From assembly GCF_009914755.1 (NCBI RefSeq), contig NC_060925.1: 64,000 nucleotides of DNA. The stretch is one strand, 5' to 3'. Every line of letters starts with the position of its first letter. Within the stretch, counting starts at the first letter, position 1. The translations under genes and the position numbers were made by a program. Of the stretch, positions 43,380-54,818 are shown one piece after another. This stretch comes from the human T2T-CHM13v2.0 reference genome, Homo sapiens. Below the pieces are notes generated by a model. It was given only the letters and a program-made list of their open reading frames with translations, searched no databases and was not told the DNA's origin.

Positions 43380-43590
43380 GGAGGCAGTGTGGGGTGATAA
43401 AAAATCCCAGGGGCTGGAATCAGACCAGCCTAGGCTCAAATCACAGCTCTACTACCAATACCAGCTATGAAATCATACGCTGGTTACTTGCTGTGAGCCT
43501 CAGCTTTCTATAAAATGAAGATCACAATATAAATATGTATAAAGTATCCAGTACAGTGCTTGGCACATTGTCAGTGCTCAGCAAATGTAA
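43380..43590 (+). mobile_element. MIR
   Basis: gaggcagtgtgg...ggaatcagacc...gcctcagctttctataaaatg...cagtgcttggcaca. Confidence 0.7.
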
Positions 43591-44229
43591 TCTCCTTTTC
43601 CCCTTATGCCTCCAAACCCGCTGCACATACATATACACACAGGTACACACATACCTACATGTGTACATCTATGTGACAAAATAATGACACTTGTTTAATA
43701 AATAACTATATCAGGTTCTGAGGCCACAAAAGTGTACATGACAGAGTCTGTTCCCACCGAGCTTGGAATCCAGTGGGAGAAATCAAGTCCAACATAACAG
43801 GTGTCATCAAAGAAGTATTTCCAGTAGACTAGGGGAACAACAGAGGCAGGGCTGGGGTGAAGTGCTAGGTAGGGAGATGATCTGGGAAGGTTCCCCAGAG
43901 TCTGGGGCTCATGAAAAGGAAGAAACATATTTTAGGAACATGAAAGAGTATGCAAGATGATAATAAGATGTAAAATTTCATGTTATATTCGGGGAACTCC
44001 TGGTCATTGAGAATGGCAGGAACTGCAGTCTCTATGGTACAGTGGCAAGAGATGAGACCAGTGAGGAGGGAAAGGAACAGATGATAGATCCCAAATGTGT
44101 CTAGAGTATGAAGCTAAGAAGGAAGAACTTTATCATGACAGTGATGGAGTGTCATTGAAAAAGTTTAAGCAGGGGAGTGACATGATCAGATTTTCCTTTT
44201 AGAAAGTTCCCACATTAAAATGAATTGGA

Positions 44230-44698
<469 letters not shown>

Positions 44699-45465
44699 TC
44701 AGGATTTAGAGGCTGATTCATTGTATATAGAGGGCAAAGGAGCAGAAGGAGAGAATTAAGGATTAACATTTGGACTCTAGCTTAGATGGATAGTCGGGTC
44801 ATTTACCAAGCAAGGTAATATATGAGAGGGATTTGGAGGGGAAGATTAGTTCAGTTTTGAATAAGTTGGGCTGGAACTGAGTTCAGAGTAACTGTGAGTT
44901 ATTGATAAAGGTCTGTCCAATAGACATCAAGACTGCCAAATGGGATCTGCACCAGAGTTGTAGATTACAAGTCATCCATAGGTAGCCAGTAATGATGCCC
45001 AAGGGTGGAGCTCTGGGATAAATTGCCATTTCTCAGGGAGTGGAGAGCCTGTGAAGGAGACTGATAGGAGTGATGGAGAGCTGGGAAGGGAATCAGGATT
45101 TGGTGGTACCACAGACACTAAAGGCAGAGAGGGCATCAAGAGGGTGAGGAGAGTCGACAGACTCAGCTCTTGCAAAGAGGTTGATTAAGATAACAGTGGG
45201 AAAGTATCCATTGGATTTGACATTATGGGACAATTACAGAAAAGTTATCAGGGAAGTCAGACTGCAGCAAGTTGAGGGGAGAGTGGGCACATCAATGCAG
45301 ATTGCTCTTTCAAGAGCTTTGATGTCAAGGGGAAGAGAGAAGACAATAAAATGGCAAAAGTTGTCAAAAAAAAGTGAAAGTATTTTAGTTTTGCTTTTTT
45401 GCTGTTTTGGTTTGAAGATGATACAGATTTGAGCACATTTATGTTTTAGAGGGGAGAAAGCCAGC

Positions 45466-45558
45466 AGAAAGAAAAGAAAGAAAGAGAGAGAGAGAGAAAG
45501 GAAGGAAGGAAGGAAGGTAGGTTAATAGAAGAGTAGATACAACTGACAGTCCAACATC

Positions 45559-45621
<63 letters not shown>

Positions 45622-45643
45622 AGGAAAGAAAGAAAAGAAAGAA

Positions 45644-45699
<56 letters not shown>

Positions 45700-45817
45700 G
45701 TAGATACGGTTGACAGTCCAACATCTGAAAGAAAGAAAGAAGAAAGAAAGAAAGAAGGAATGAAGGAAGGAAGAAAAAGATTAATAGAAGAGTAGATACG
45801 ACTGTCAGTCCAACATC
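45466..45817 (+). repeat. Compound (GAAA)n/(GGAA)n repeat with three copies of a 30-37-bp unique unit
   Basis: aagagtagatac(aac/ggt/gac)tg(a/t)cagtccaacatc at 45522-45558, 45696-45725 and 45781-45817, separated by GAAA arrays. Confidence 0.93.
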
Positions 45818-46547
45818 TCACCATGCATGCACCATCTCCTTCCTGGAATGCTCCTCCATGCCATCTTTCCCTGGTCAACACTCTCATCCTTCATCCAGCA
45901 ACTTAACTGCCACTGCCTCAGAGACTTCCCTTATTCTTTTAGCCCCCACACCTGCAGTTACCTGTTTAACATCTGTCACACTGCTAGACTATACTATAGG
46001 CAAAGATAATGAGTGTCTCATTAGTAGCACTAGCACAGTGCCTGGCACATAGGGGATGCTTAAATGTTTACTGAATCACTGTGTAATTGCACTCCTGTTG
46101 AGTACCAGGTCTATGTGTTATCAAGATCCAGTTCAAATATAATATGCTACCTATGGTCACTTAACAGATGGTTTTCCATGCTCTCTATCTGGCTATCCCA
46201 GCTTGGGCTGGTTTTAGGGCCACACAATAGGACTGTAGAGCATGTGGCTCAAGTGAAGGCAGGAAAGTTAAGAGACATTTTCTCGGAGAATGGACCTTGC
46301 CTTTTCTTCTCTATCTTATTTCCTTATCAGTGACTAAGCTATGGCAGAGACAACAGCTTCCTCAGTCTTTTTACCTTACCCTTAGACCCTAGACATTAAA
46401 TGTCTTATTCTAGAGAATTGTCTGTGATTAATTGATAGGCCAGGCTATAAGGCTTCCTGGGAACTGGATTATCTGTAGTAGTGTGGTACTTGTTACTATT
46501 TCCCAGCTTTTATTTGGGTAAAGGTCTATTTAGAAATTAGATCCTTG

Positions 46548-46945
46548 GGCCAGATGTGATGGCTCCCATCTGTAATCCCAGCACTTTGGGAGGCTGAGGT
46601 GGGAGGATTACTTGAGCCCAGGAGTTTGAGACCCCTGTCTCTACAAAAAATTTAAAAATTAGACACATGGTTGATGCACGCCTGTAGTACTTGCTACTCA
46701 AAAGGCTGAGATGGGAGGATTGCTTGAGTTTGGAGGTCAAGGCTGCAGTAAGCCATGATCATGCCACTTTGCTCCAGTCTGGATGACAGAGCAAGACACT
46801 GTCAAAACAAACAAACAAACAAACAAACAAAGAGAGAGAGAGAGAAAGAGACAGAGAAAGAAAGAAAGAGAAAGAAAGAAAAGAAAGAAAAAAAGAGAGA
46901 GAGAAAGAGAAAGAGAGAAAGGGAAAGGGGAGAAGGGAAGATAAG
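46548..46945 (+). mobile_element. AluJ with (AAAC)n and GA-rich tail
   Basis: ggaggattacttgagcccaggagtttgag...ggtcaaggctgcag; purine tail to ~46945. Confidence 0.88.
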
Positions 46946-49900
46946 GAAGTGGATTCTTGAAGGAGCTGTGTGTCTTTACCACACTGAAGTATTTGGAGAT
47001 GCCAAGCTACTTACCTGTGCTTCCCAGTACCTCCAGCAAGGCCTAGCACATGGCATTCAACAAATGCTTAATGAAAGAATGAGCAGGCACGTCTTCAGTT
47101 GGGTTGAAACAGGATGCTGTCAGTGATTCACTTATTCTGGGATGCACTTGTTATCAGGTTACCTTACCCTACTTTTATTTCTTGGCAAGAGCCAACTCCC
47201 ACATGGCTGCATGTTTGGGGTTGGGTAGTGGGGAAGAGTTGGCAGCCCCCTCTTTATCTCACACCTCTTTTCTTCTGAAGTCAGTGTCTCTGAGGAAATA
47301 TCAAAAAGGAGTGCTCCTTTTGCTGTGCTTGGCTGTGGGTGGAAGCACGTTCTAAACTAAGCCTCATGATGAAGTGCTCTCATTACATTTTTGGCTTTGT
47401 TTTGAAGACCTTGTACTTTGAGCATTGGGCACTTACTTAGATTGATCAAAATGCCAAACCTTAATGGTTTGAATGTCACTAATTCTAATCCAGATATGGG
47501 TGAGAGGCAGATGGTGGGAAATGGTGACTGTGGGATGCAGAGCAAACACTGGCCTCCCAGGAGAGGTGATTTAACAGCACAGGCACTAACAGTTGCTAGC
47601 TGTTGGCCACTTCAGCATGGTAAGGGGCACACCTTGCCATCCTTTGATGGCAGATTGCACTAAGCTGGGCAGCCTCTTCCCCACCAAGATAGCCAAGCCC
47701 TCTGGCTGTTCCTTCATGCTGAAAAGCAGAGTAGCAGATTTATTTCCACCTCCTGTGTAGTGGCCCCATCTCGCCATCATTACCCCACCATTCTAGCAAC
47801 TGTAATACCTGGTGCTGTGGACTCTAACCTCACAATTCTCTGCCTCCCATGAGTAGAAAAGGAAGCCAGGGCCTCCTAAGTAATCATTTCAGTCTTTGCT
47901 GAATGTCACCCAGGTCTGAGGACAGGGGGACTAGAGATGTAAGGGAGAGAGAGCCTGTGGAGGAAGATGGCCAAGCCTGGGGTCCCTGTGGGAGAGATAT
48001 CTGTAGGCTCCAGCCCTGTTCTCTGTCTGTTCTCTTGGGAGAAGGTTTCCTGTGATTTTCTTAGCTTTCTCAGTAGCATTCTAGCTAATATTTATTGCTT
48101 GCTGACTCCACAAATGCTTTAGGCACTTCGTTAGATGCTTTATTATACATTATCTCATCACAACTCTAGAAATTGTTATCCCTATTTGGTTGATGAGGAA
48201 ACTAATGATTAAGAGAGGATAAGTAACTTATCCAATGTCAATAACAGCACATTGAAGATTGAGGATTTGAACTCAGCTCTCTTTGAAACACAGTAGGTGC
48301 TCATTCACTACTCTGCACAAATGCTCACAGCCAGTGCTTATAATACCTGGACTCCATGGCTCCATTCACTTGCATCATTGCAGTCTATGCTTCCTTCTAG
48401 CCACGGGCCTTCAAATGTACTCAGATAAGACCGGGGGAGAATAACTGTAGTCAAGCAGGGTCATTGGAAGAGGGGTCAGATAGGATGTGGAGCAGAGGGA
48501 TGGTAAAGAATTCAAAACCTAACTTTATCATTGCTCACCATTTCAAAAAACAAAACTAAATTTAGGATGAAGGATACAAATGAGATCAGAGAAAATCCAG
48601 GCCATGAACCTCTGCTGCTCTTTGCCAGCCCCATTCAGAGCTGCCAGCCTAATGTTCAGTGATGATCTGTACTTTGTATAGCATGATGGCAGCCATCCCT
48701 GGGTTCCCATGTGTGGAATGTACTCATGCAATTGATTCATTCATCAGGCTCCATTGAGACCCTGTGAACAAAGAGTTGAGGAAGATAAAAAGACACACAA
48801 GACACAGGCCCTACCCTCAAGGAGCTCACAGTGCAGGAGGTGAGCGAATGTCTAGATTCTTTCTTGACTATCATCAAAGAGATGTTCTTTAACATGTAGG
48901 ATTCGTCGGCAATGCCAAAAATGGAATTCTTGCAGCAGGAGGTTGGTCAAAATGACCTCTAAACCTCTTTCATCTCTAAGCATCCATAATCCCATGAATC
49001 CTGTAGCTTAACCTTTGAAGAAGAAATTGCTTATGTCATTACAATTTTCCAGTAAAAGCACAGCTACAGTTAGCATTGAATATTTCAGAACAGCCCTGAT
49101 TTCAGATATCATGTCATAAATAAATGTAATTGGAAGACTACATTTAGTAATTGGTCTCTTTAAGCATGTGTCTTTCTGCTTCAATAGACTGTTTCCTGAA
49201 ACCTGTGGTGTTTGCAGTCCTCTGGGCCTTTGCTTTCCTGGCCGTGTGGCCAGGAGCCACTTTGGGGCTGCTTGTGCGTGCTCTGCGTGTGTATCTGCTG
49301 ATTGATAGTGCTTCCCGGCGGACTGCAGCTGCGGGATGATCATATGCTTCAGCATGCCTTTATATAGTATCTTTTGCCCATGTGGTTGCAGTCAATCCAA
49401 TTTAATTCAGATCAGCAAAAGTTACTGAGCACATGTGCTAGGCACTGTAGGGGATATAGAAACAAATGGCACTATCAGACATACTCAAGTAACTATAGTG
49501 AACAAAGGAGACGAGTAAAAGGGAATTAAAGAGGCCTAAACAAAGGGCTGAGTGAGAACGGGATGGAAGAGAAGAACTGTGCCTGCAGCAAGGTAGGAAG
49601 AGCTGAGAGAGTAGGAAGTGTGATGGAGCTAGGCCAGAAGGACCTAGAGGCTCAGATGCATGGAGCATGTCAGGTGGTGGCCACAGCCAGAGCAACACAG
49701 GAAAGGAGTGGGAGGGAGGGGGCCGGGGAAGGAGGAGACCCACAGGGAGGGCCAGGCTTGGGTCAGCGGGGGTAGGGGCTTCTTATTGTGGGTGTGATTG
49801 TTTTATAAGGACAGTGCAGAGTGCAGGGCAGAGTGTGTGTGTATGTGTGTGTGAGAAAGAGTGTGTGCCTGTGTGTTGGAGGAGCAGCAGTGGGAATAAC

Positions 49901-50284
49901 TCAGTTAAAAATTCAGGACTGGCAACACTGTTGAGAACGAGGGTTGAATTATAGATATCTTTTCTGAAGAAAGAAGATTAAAGGAGAGGTTTTCTTTTTT
50001 GTTTTGTTTTTCATTTTGGCTGTTAGTTTTAAGTAGGTCATTGGAACCTCCAGTGGTTGGAAATCGCAGGGCAAGGGGCTGTTGCATTAGAAGAGCCTGT
50101 TCCAGGAGCTCTCTTCCCCCAGTGCTCTGTCCTGTGCTCCTCATGATTTCAGGGGCCCACTGCTATTTGGCCCCATTATTTTTACATATACTTGCCTATA
50201 ACAATAAATCCCAGGAGTGTTTGTAATTGACTAGTACAAATAAGTTGGAGATGAATTACTCTCTTGTTTCTCCCTTCGTTGCAG

Positions 50285-50526
50285 AGCCCACGCTTCCTTC
50301 CAGGATCTGCTCCTCGGCCCCTTTACTCTATTTCCTGTTCATCTGTCCCTTCGTCCTGCTCCTCCTTCTGCTCATCTCCCTCCTCTGCTTATACTGGAAG
50401 GCCAGGAAGTTGTCAACACTGCGTTCCAACACACGGAAAGAAAAAGCTCTCTGGGTGGACTTGAAAGAGGCTGGAGGTGTGACCACAAATAGGAGGGAAG
50501 ACGAGGAGGAAGATGAAGGCAACTGA
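50285..50526 (+). CDS. CD101: CD101 exon 9 coding part (TM and cytoplasmic tail)
   Basis: gcAG acceptor; EPTLPSRICSSAPLLYFLFICPFVLLLLLLISLLCLYWKARK...EDEEEDEGN*. Exon lengths 43+381+417+387+384+405+411+396+242 = 3066 nt = 1021 aa + stop. Donor AAG|GTGGGG at 50560. Confidence 0.97.
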
Positions 50527-51974
50527 ATCCCAAGAGGCACCTGCAGCCAGGAAGGAAAGGTGGGGGCTTTTTAATTGGGCTAACCAGGGTGTGAATGAAT
50601 CCTGGTTCTGTCCTCAACTATGTCTGCGGCCTTGGGCAAGTTACCTAGGAATCAGAGGGAGCATTCACTGAGTGCTTATTGGTTCTACGCACTGTTAGGT
50701 GTTCCTTTGTGTCTTACCTCATCCACCTCTCGCATCCCCCCTTGGAACAAGATAGCATCATTACCCTACATCTCTTGAAGGTTCAGGTCCCTGGGCTGCA
50801 AGGAGATAAGAGGCTCCCTCACACAGCCTCTGGAGGGCTAAATGAGATCCTACAGCAATGCCCTGGTGGGGCTTCTCTCTCCCTCTTATGTCACTTGTCA
50901 CACCTGCTCTAGGTAATCATTTTCCTCCAGATGAGAGGTGTAGGAAAGGACCTGATGCCAGCAAGGAAAAAGGAATTGGTAACATGCTCTTTGTTTACCT
51001 AAAATCTGTCCCCACAACAAGAATGTAACTTCCTTCGAGGCAGAAATTCAATTTTCTTCTCCCAGCCCACCTACAAAGGCCCACTCAAGAGCAAGTTCTG
51101 TGTAAAGGTGCTTAACTAATACAGGTTCTTTGACAAAATGATAAAACATTTGTAACCTGAGTTTGGGGCTTTTTGTTTATTGTTTGATAAGACTTTTTAT
51201 TAAGTAATTGCTGAGCAAAAACTTTGTAAAAACTCATGTAACAGTACTCCAGTCAGCCCCCCAAGGCCTCGTACCCCTGCTTCCCCCTACACCTCCATAT
51301 CCCCACCAAAAGGTCCATCTGGCTCCTGGTGCTCAGCCAGTGCCTTATTTTCTTTGACCTGACAGCACTGGGTGGTAGGGAAGGTATTGTCTGGAGGAGC
51401 AGGGTTGACAGTGCCACCGTTCCCTCATACGCCTGCAGGGCTGGGGTTTGGGGCAGCAGTAGGTCAAGTCTGGTTCCTCAAGGTCTCCTATTCTCAGTAG
51501 CAAAAAGCAGCCGGTGGGGGTGGGGTGTAATGGCTTAAAGCTTTCAACAGCTGTCCCCACTGGGCCTACAGTCCCCTCATCTTTGTTTCAAAAGCCGCTC
51601 AGGCCCTGTTGTAGCCAGAATTGGAAATCAATCAGTGCCACCTAAAGACTTGAGAAAACACATCTATTTATTATCTATGTGACCAACCGAGTTGCTTTAA
51701 CACTCGTTAATTTGCATTTCCAAGGAGAGCAATTTAGTTTTAATTATTTGATCAGGCACACACGTCCTCTCCAAACATAATTAGTTCCTTCCTAAGGGGA
51801 TTATTGGTGGCTATGAGCACTCCTACTATGGACCTACCAGTTCCTTAAACTCATGTCCCTTCATAGCCTGATTTAAAATACTCCAAATCTTTCCTTAAAC
51901 ATGTCAGCACATTTGTTTCTTGTCATCCAGGTAAGGGAGCATATTTTTACAAACAACAAAGCTGAAATGAAGAC

Positions 51975-52275
<301 letters not shown>

Positions 52276-52520
52276 AGAAGACTCTTAGAAAGTGTGATGA
52301 CCCCCTGCCCCTATTTTTTAGAAACCTGTATTTTAATTCAAAGGGAAAGAGAGCAGAAGTGAGCCTGGGCAGAGAATCTTGGATGGACTCTGCTGCAGCC
52401 CTCTGTGGGAGCACTCTTCACCCCATCCCTCCTCTCTGCTCACATGGACACCTCCTTCAAGCTTCTAGCTCAAACACCTCTTCCCCTTTTGAATCCAGCA
52501 CAGAGATAGCACAGAGGAGA

Positions 52521-53041
52521 TGTAAGCAGACAGGGAGGGTCTCCTGGGAAAGCAGACATTTAACCAACTTGAGCAATCAGCTTGTTTTACAGCTTCCTGC
52601 CTTGCTGCCTGTTTCTTCCCAAGCCCCGTGTGGAATGTGGTGACCTAGTCACCTGGAACCAGCTCCTGACAGACCCCGGCAACTTCTAGATGAACCCAAG
52701 TGAACTTTCCTCATTACCATCCTGAAGTCACTACCCCAGGGGGAGCTATAGCTTCATGACCGTAACATGTGACCTGTGTGCTGGCAGGACGACTCACTGC
52801 GGCTGCGCCACTGGGACCCCTCCCCTACATGCACCAATGCACTCTCTCCCCTCTCCATCACCCCATAAAACCCTCCTGTCACTTTCCTTCAGAGACACCG
52901 CTTTGGAGAGTATTCCCAGCGCTCTCCTTGCTTGTGACAAGTAAAAAAAAAAAAAAACTCCTTTTCATCAAAACTCATGTTCTTGTGGAGAGTTATTTGT
53001 TACTCGCCAGGCAAACAAACGCTGGTTTTTTTCAGGGAACA
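52521..53041 (+). mobile_element. Solo ERV LTR (ERV1-like), sense to CD101
   Basis: Starts TG (TGTAAGCAGAC), ends CA (GGGAACA); 4-bp TSD GAGA at 52517-52520 and 53042-53045; internal CCAAT, TATA-like CATAAAA and AGTAAA; 521 bp. Confidence 0.82.
52593..52970 (+). other. CD101: Probable CD101 non-coding terminal exon (3' UTR) within solo LTR
   Basis: Acceptors ttgttttacAG|52593 and gtttcttcccaAG|52624; AGTAAA 52940-52945. I found no AATAAA/ATTAAA between exon 9 and this LTR. Consistent with my recollection of a 10-exon CD101. Confidence 0.65.
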
Positions 53042-53555
53042 GAGACCCTCAAATATGAAACGGTTCCGGCCAGAGCACAGCATGGGAAGTGTGAGTTCCC
53101 AGTGGGTACCTGCTGCATGTCAGGCCCTGTGCTAGGAGCAAGGGGCCCTGTGGTGACTCAGACACAGCCCCATGCCCCTGGGATGCTCACCTTGTTTGTC
53201 CTGGATGCTCTGCTTTCATTAATGGGACTTAGAGCACCTTTGATAGTCTAAGCAGCCACATGGCACTCTTTGTCCCATAGGCAACTAAAATCCTCCAAAA
53301 CTAAAACACCCCCACAGTATTTTCTTCTTTTTAAATTTACAGAATAAAATTTGCCCTGATCCAGTTCAGCAGACATTTTATGTGAAACCTCTTCTCTCTC
53401 CAATTACATACTGTTTACCTTTGGTTTTTGAAACTTAGTGGAGAGCTTTACTTTTACTTATTGATTTCAGCTTTTCCATTTCATGCCACCACCTGGTTTT
53501 ACTTTTGGCTTTTTGTGTTATAAATCTTCCTTGGCAAAAGGACAAGCCTCTGTCT

Positions 53556-53784
53556 CAGGAGTTGACCAACCAGGGCCTATGGGCCAAATGCAGCCCACCA
53601 TCTGTTTGTTTTTTAAAATACAATATACTGGAATATGGTCACTCCCATTCGCTTACATACTGTCTGTGGCTGCTTTCACGATAAAAATGGCAAAGTTGTG
53701 TAGTTGCCACAGAGACCATAGGACCTACATTGCCTAAAATGTTTATTATTCTGGCCCTTTACAGAAAACATTTGCCAGCCCTGC
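53556..53784. mobile_element. MER58-type hAT-Charlie MITE
   Basis: caggagttgacc...gggccaaatgcagccc...tggccctttacagaaaa...tgccagccctg. Confidence 0.75.
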
Positions 53785-54689
53785 TGTCCTTTAATGTTCT
53801 GTCTCTCTTAGCCATGTATTATGTCCCTGGGAAACTGATTTGACCTCTTATATCTGAATCTCTTCTATATCTGATTAATCTAATAAATAATCTTAGGTTT
53901 TCAGGATTGGCATCTAGTCCCAGCCATTCTGAAGTTTGACTCCGCTGTACCGGCCTCACACTATAGATGGGAAGTTTATCACCCTGCAACGTTTCACGCC
54001 ATCATACTGAGTACCTACTCTGTGCAAGATAAGATGACACAGGGATGATTAAGGCATGGTTGCTGTTAATTATTTTTATTGTATTGAGATGTATAGAAAA
54101 AACCGATTTATGGCAGAAGATGAATGCAATGGTATAAAGTCATGTGCCATAATAATTTCTTACAATCGTACAGGATTTTTTTCATTATCTCAGAATTTTA
54201 CAGCATCTCTATACAAAAGGAATTGTTATTCCTGTCCTACAGGTAAGGAATTATAGCTCAGAGAGGTTGGGATTTATCCAGGATCACCCAGCCATATGCA
54301 GAAGAGTAAAAGCTCAAACTTAGGTCTGCTGACAAGTCCTGGACTCTTTCCACAATAAACACTCTTTCCACAATAAACACAAAAAATATGCTCAAATCCA
54401 TTGCTATGGGGGAAAATCTGGATATAATAATAGCCACTTTGAGTGGTTGTTATGGTGATCAAATCAGATACATCAATGGAGATAAGTTTTAAAACCACAT
54501 CAAGTCATAAATGAATGTCAGCATTAACCCAAGTTTTTCTAGGACTTAACCTGTCCGTGTACATAAATAAAATGTAATCAATAGTAATAATCCAAATTCT
54601 ACAGGCTTTCCCTCCCAGAATATTTACACAGGGTCTTGGCCATCTACAGTGTCCTTTAGCTATTTCTGGGGGATTTCCCAAAACTGGAA

Positions 54690-54818
54690 ATTTTTTTTTA
54701 AAGAGATGAGGTCTCACTAGATTGCTCAAGCTGGCATTGAGCTCCTGAGCTCAAGTAATCCTCCTGCAAGAGCCTCCCAAGTAGCTGGGTCTACAAGTAC
54801 ACACCACCACATCTGGCC
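54690..54818 (-). mobile_element. FLAM / Alu monomer
   Basis: T-run, gagatgaggtctcact...ctcctgagctcaagtaatcctcctg. Confidence 0.8.

Noticed and set aside
45522-45817. Repeat-spacer-repeat pattern superficially like a CRISPR array, and the 121-aa SFFL-repeat ORF
   Set aside because: Spacers are GAAA microsatellite, the DNA is human intron and there are no cas genes; the ORF is translated microsatellite.
49008-49355. 115-aa minus-strand ORF next to the antisense TATA box
   Set aside because: Its first ATG (49355) lies upstream of the predicted start site (~49337) and the peptide has no recognisable features.
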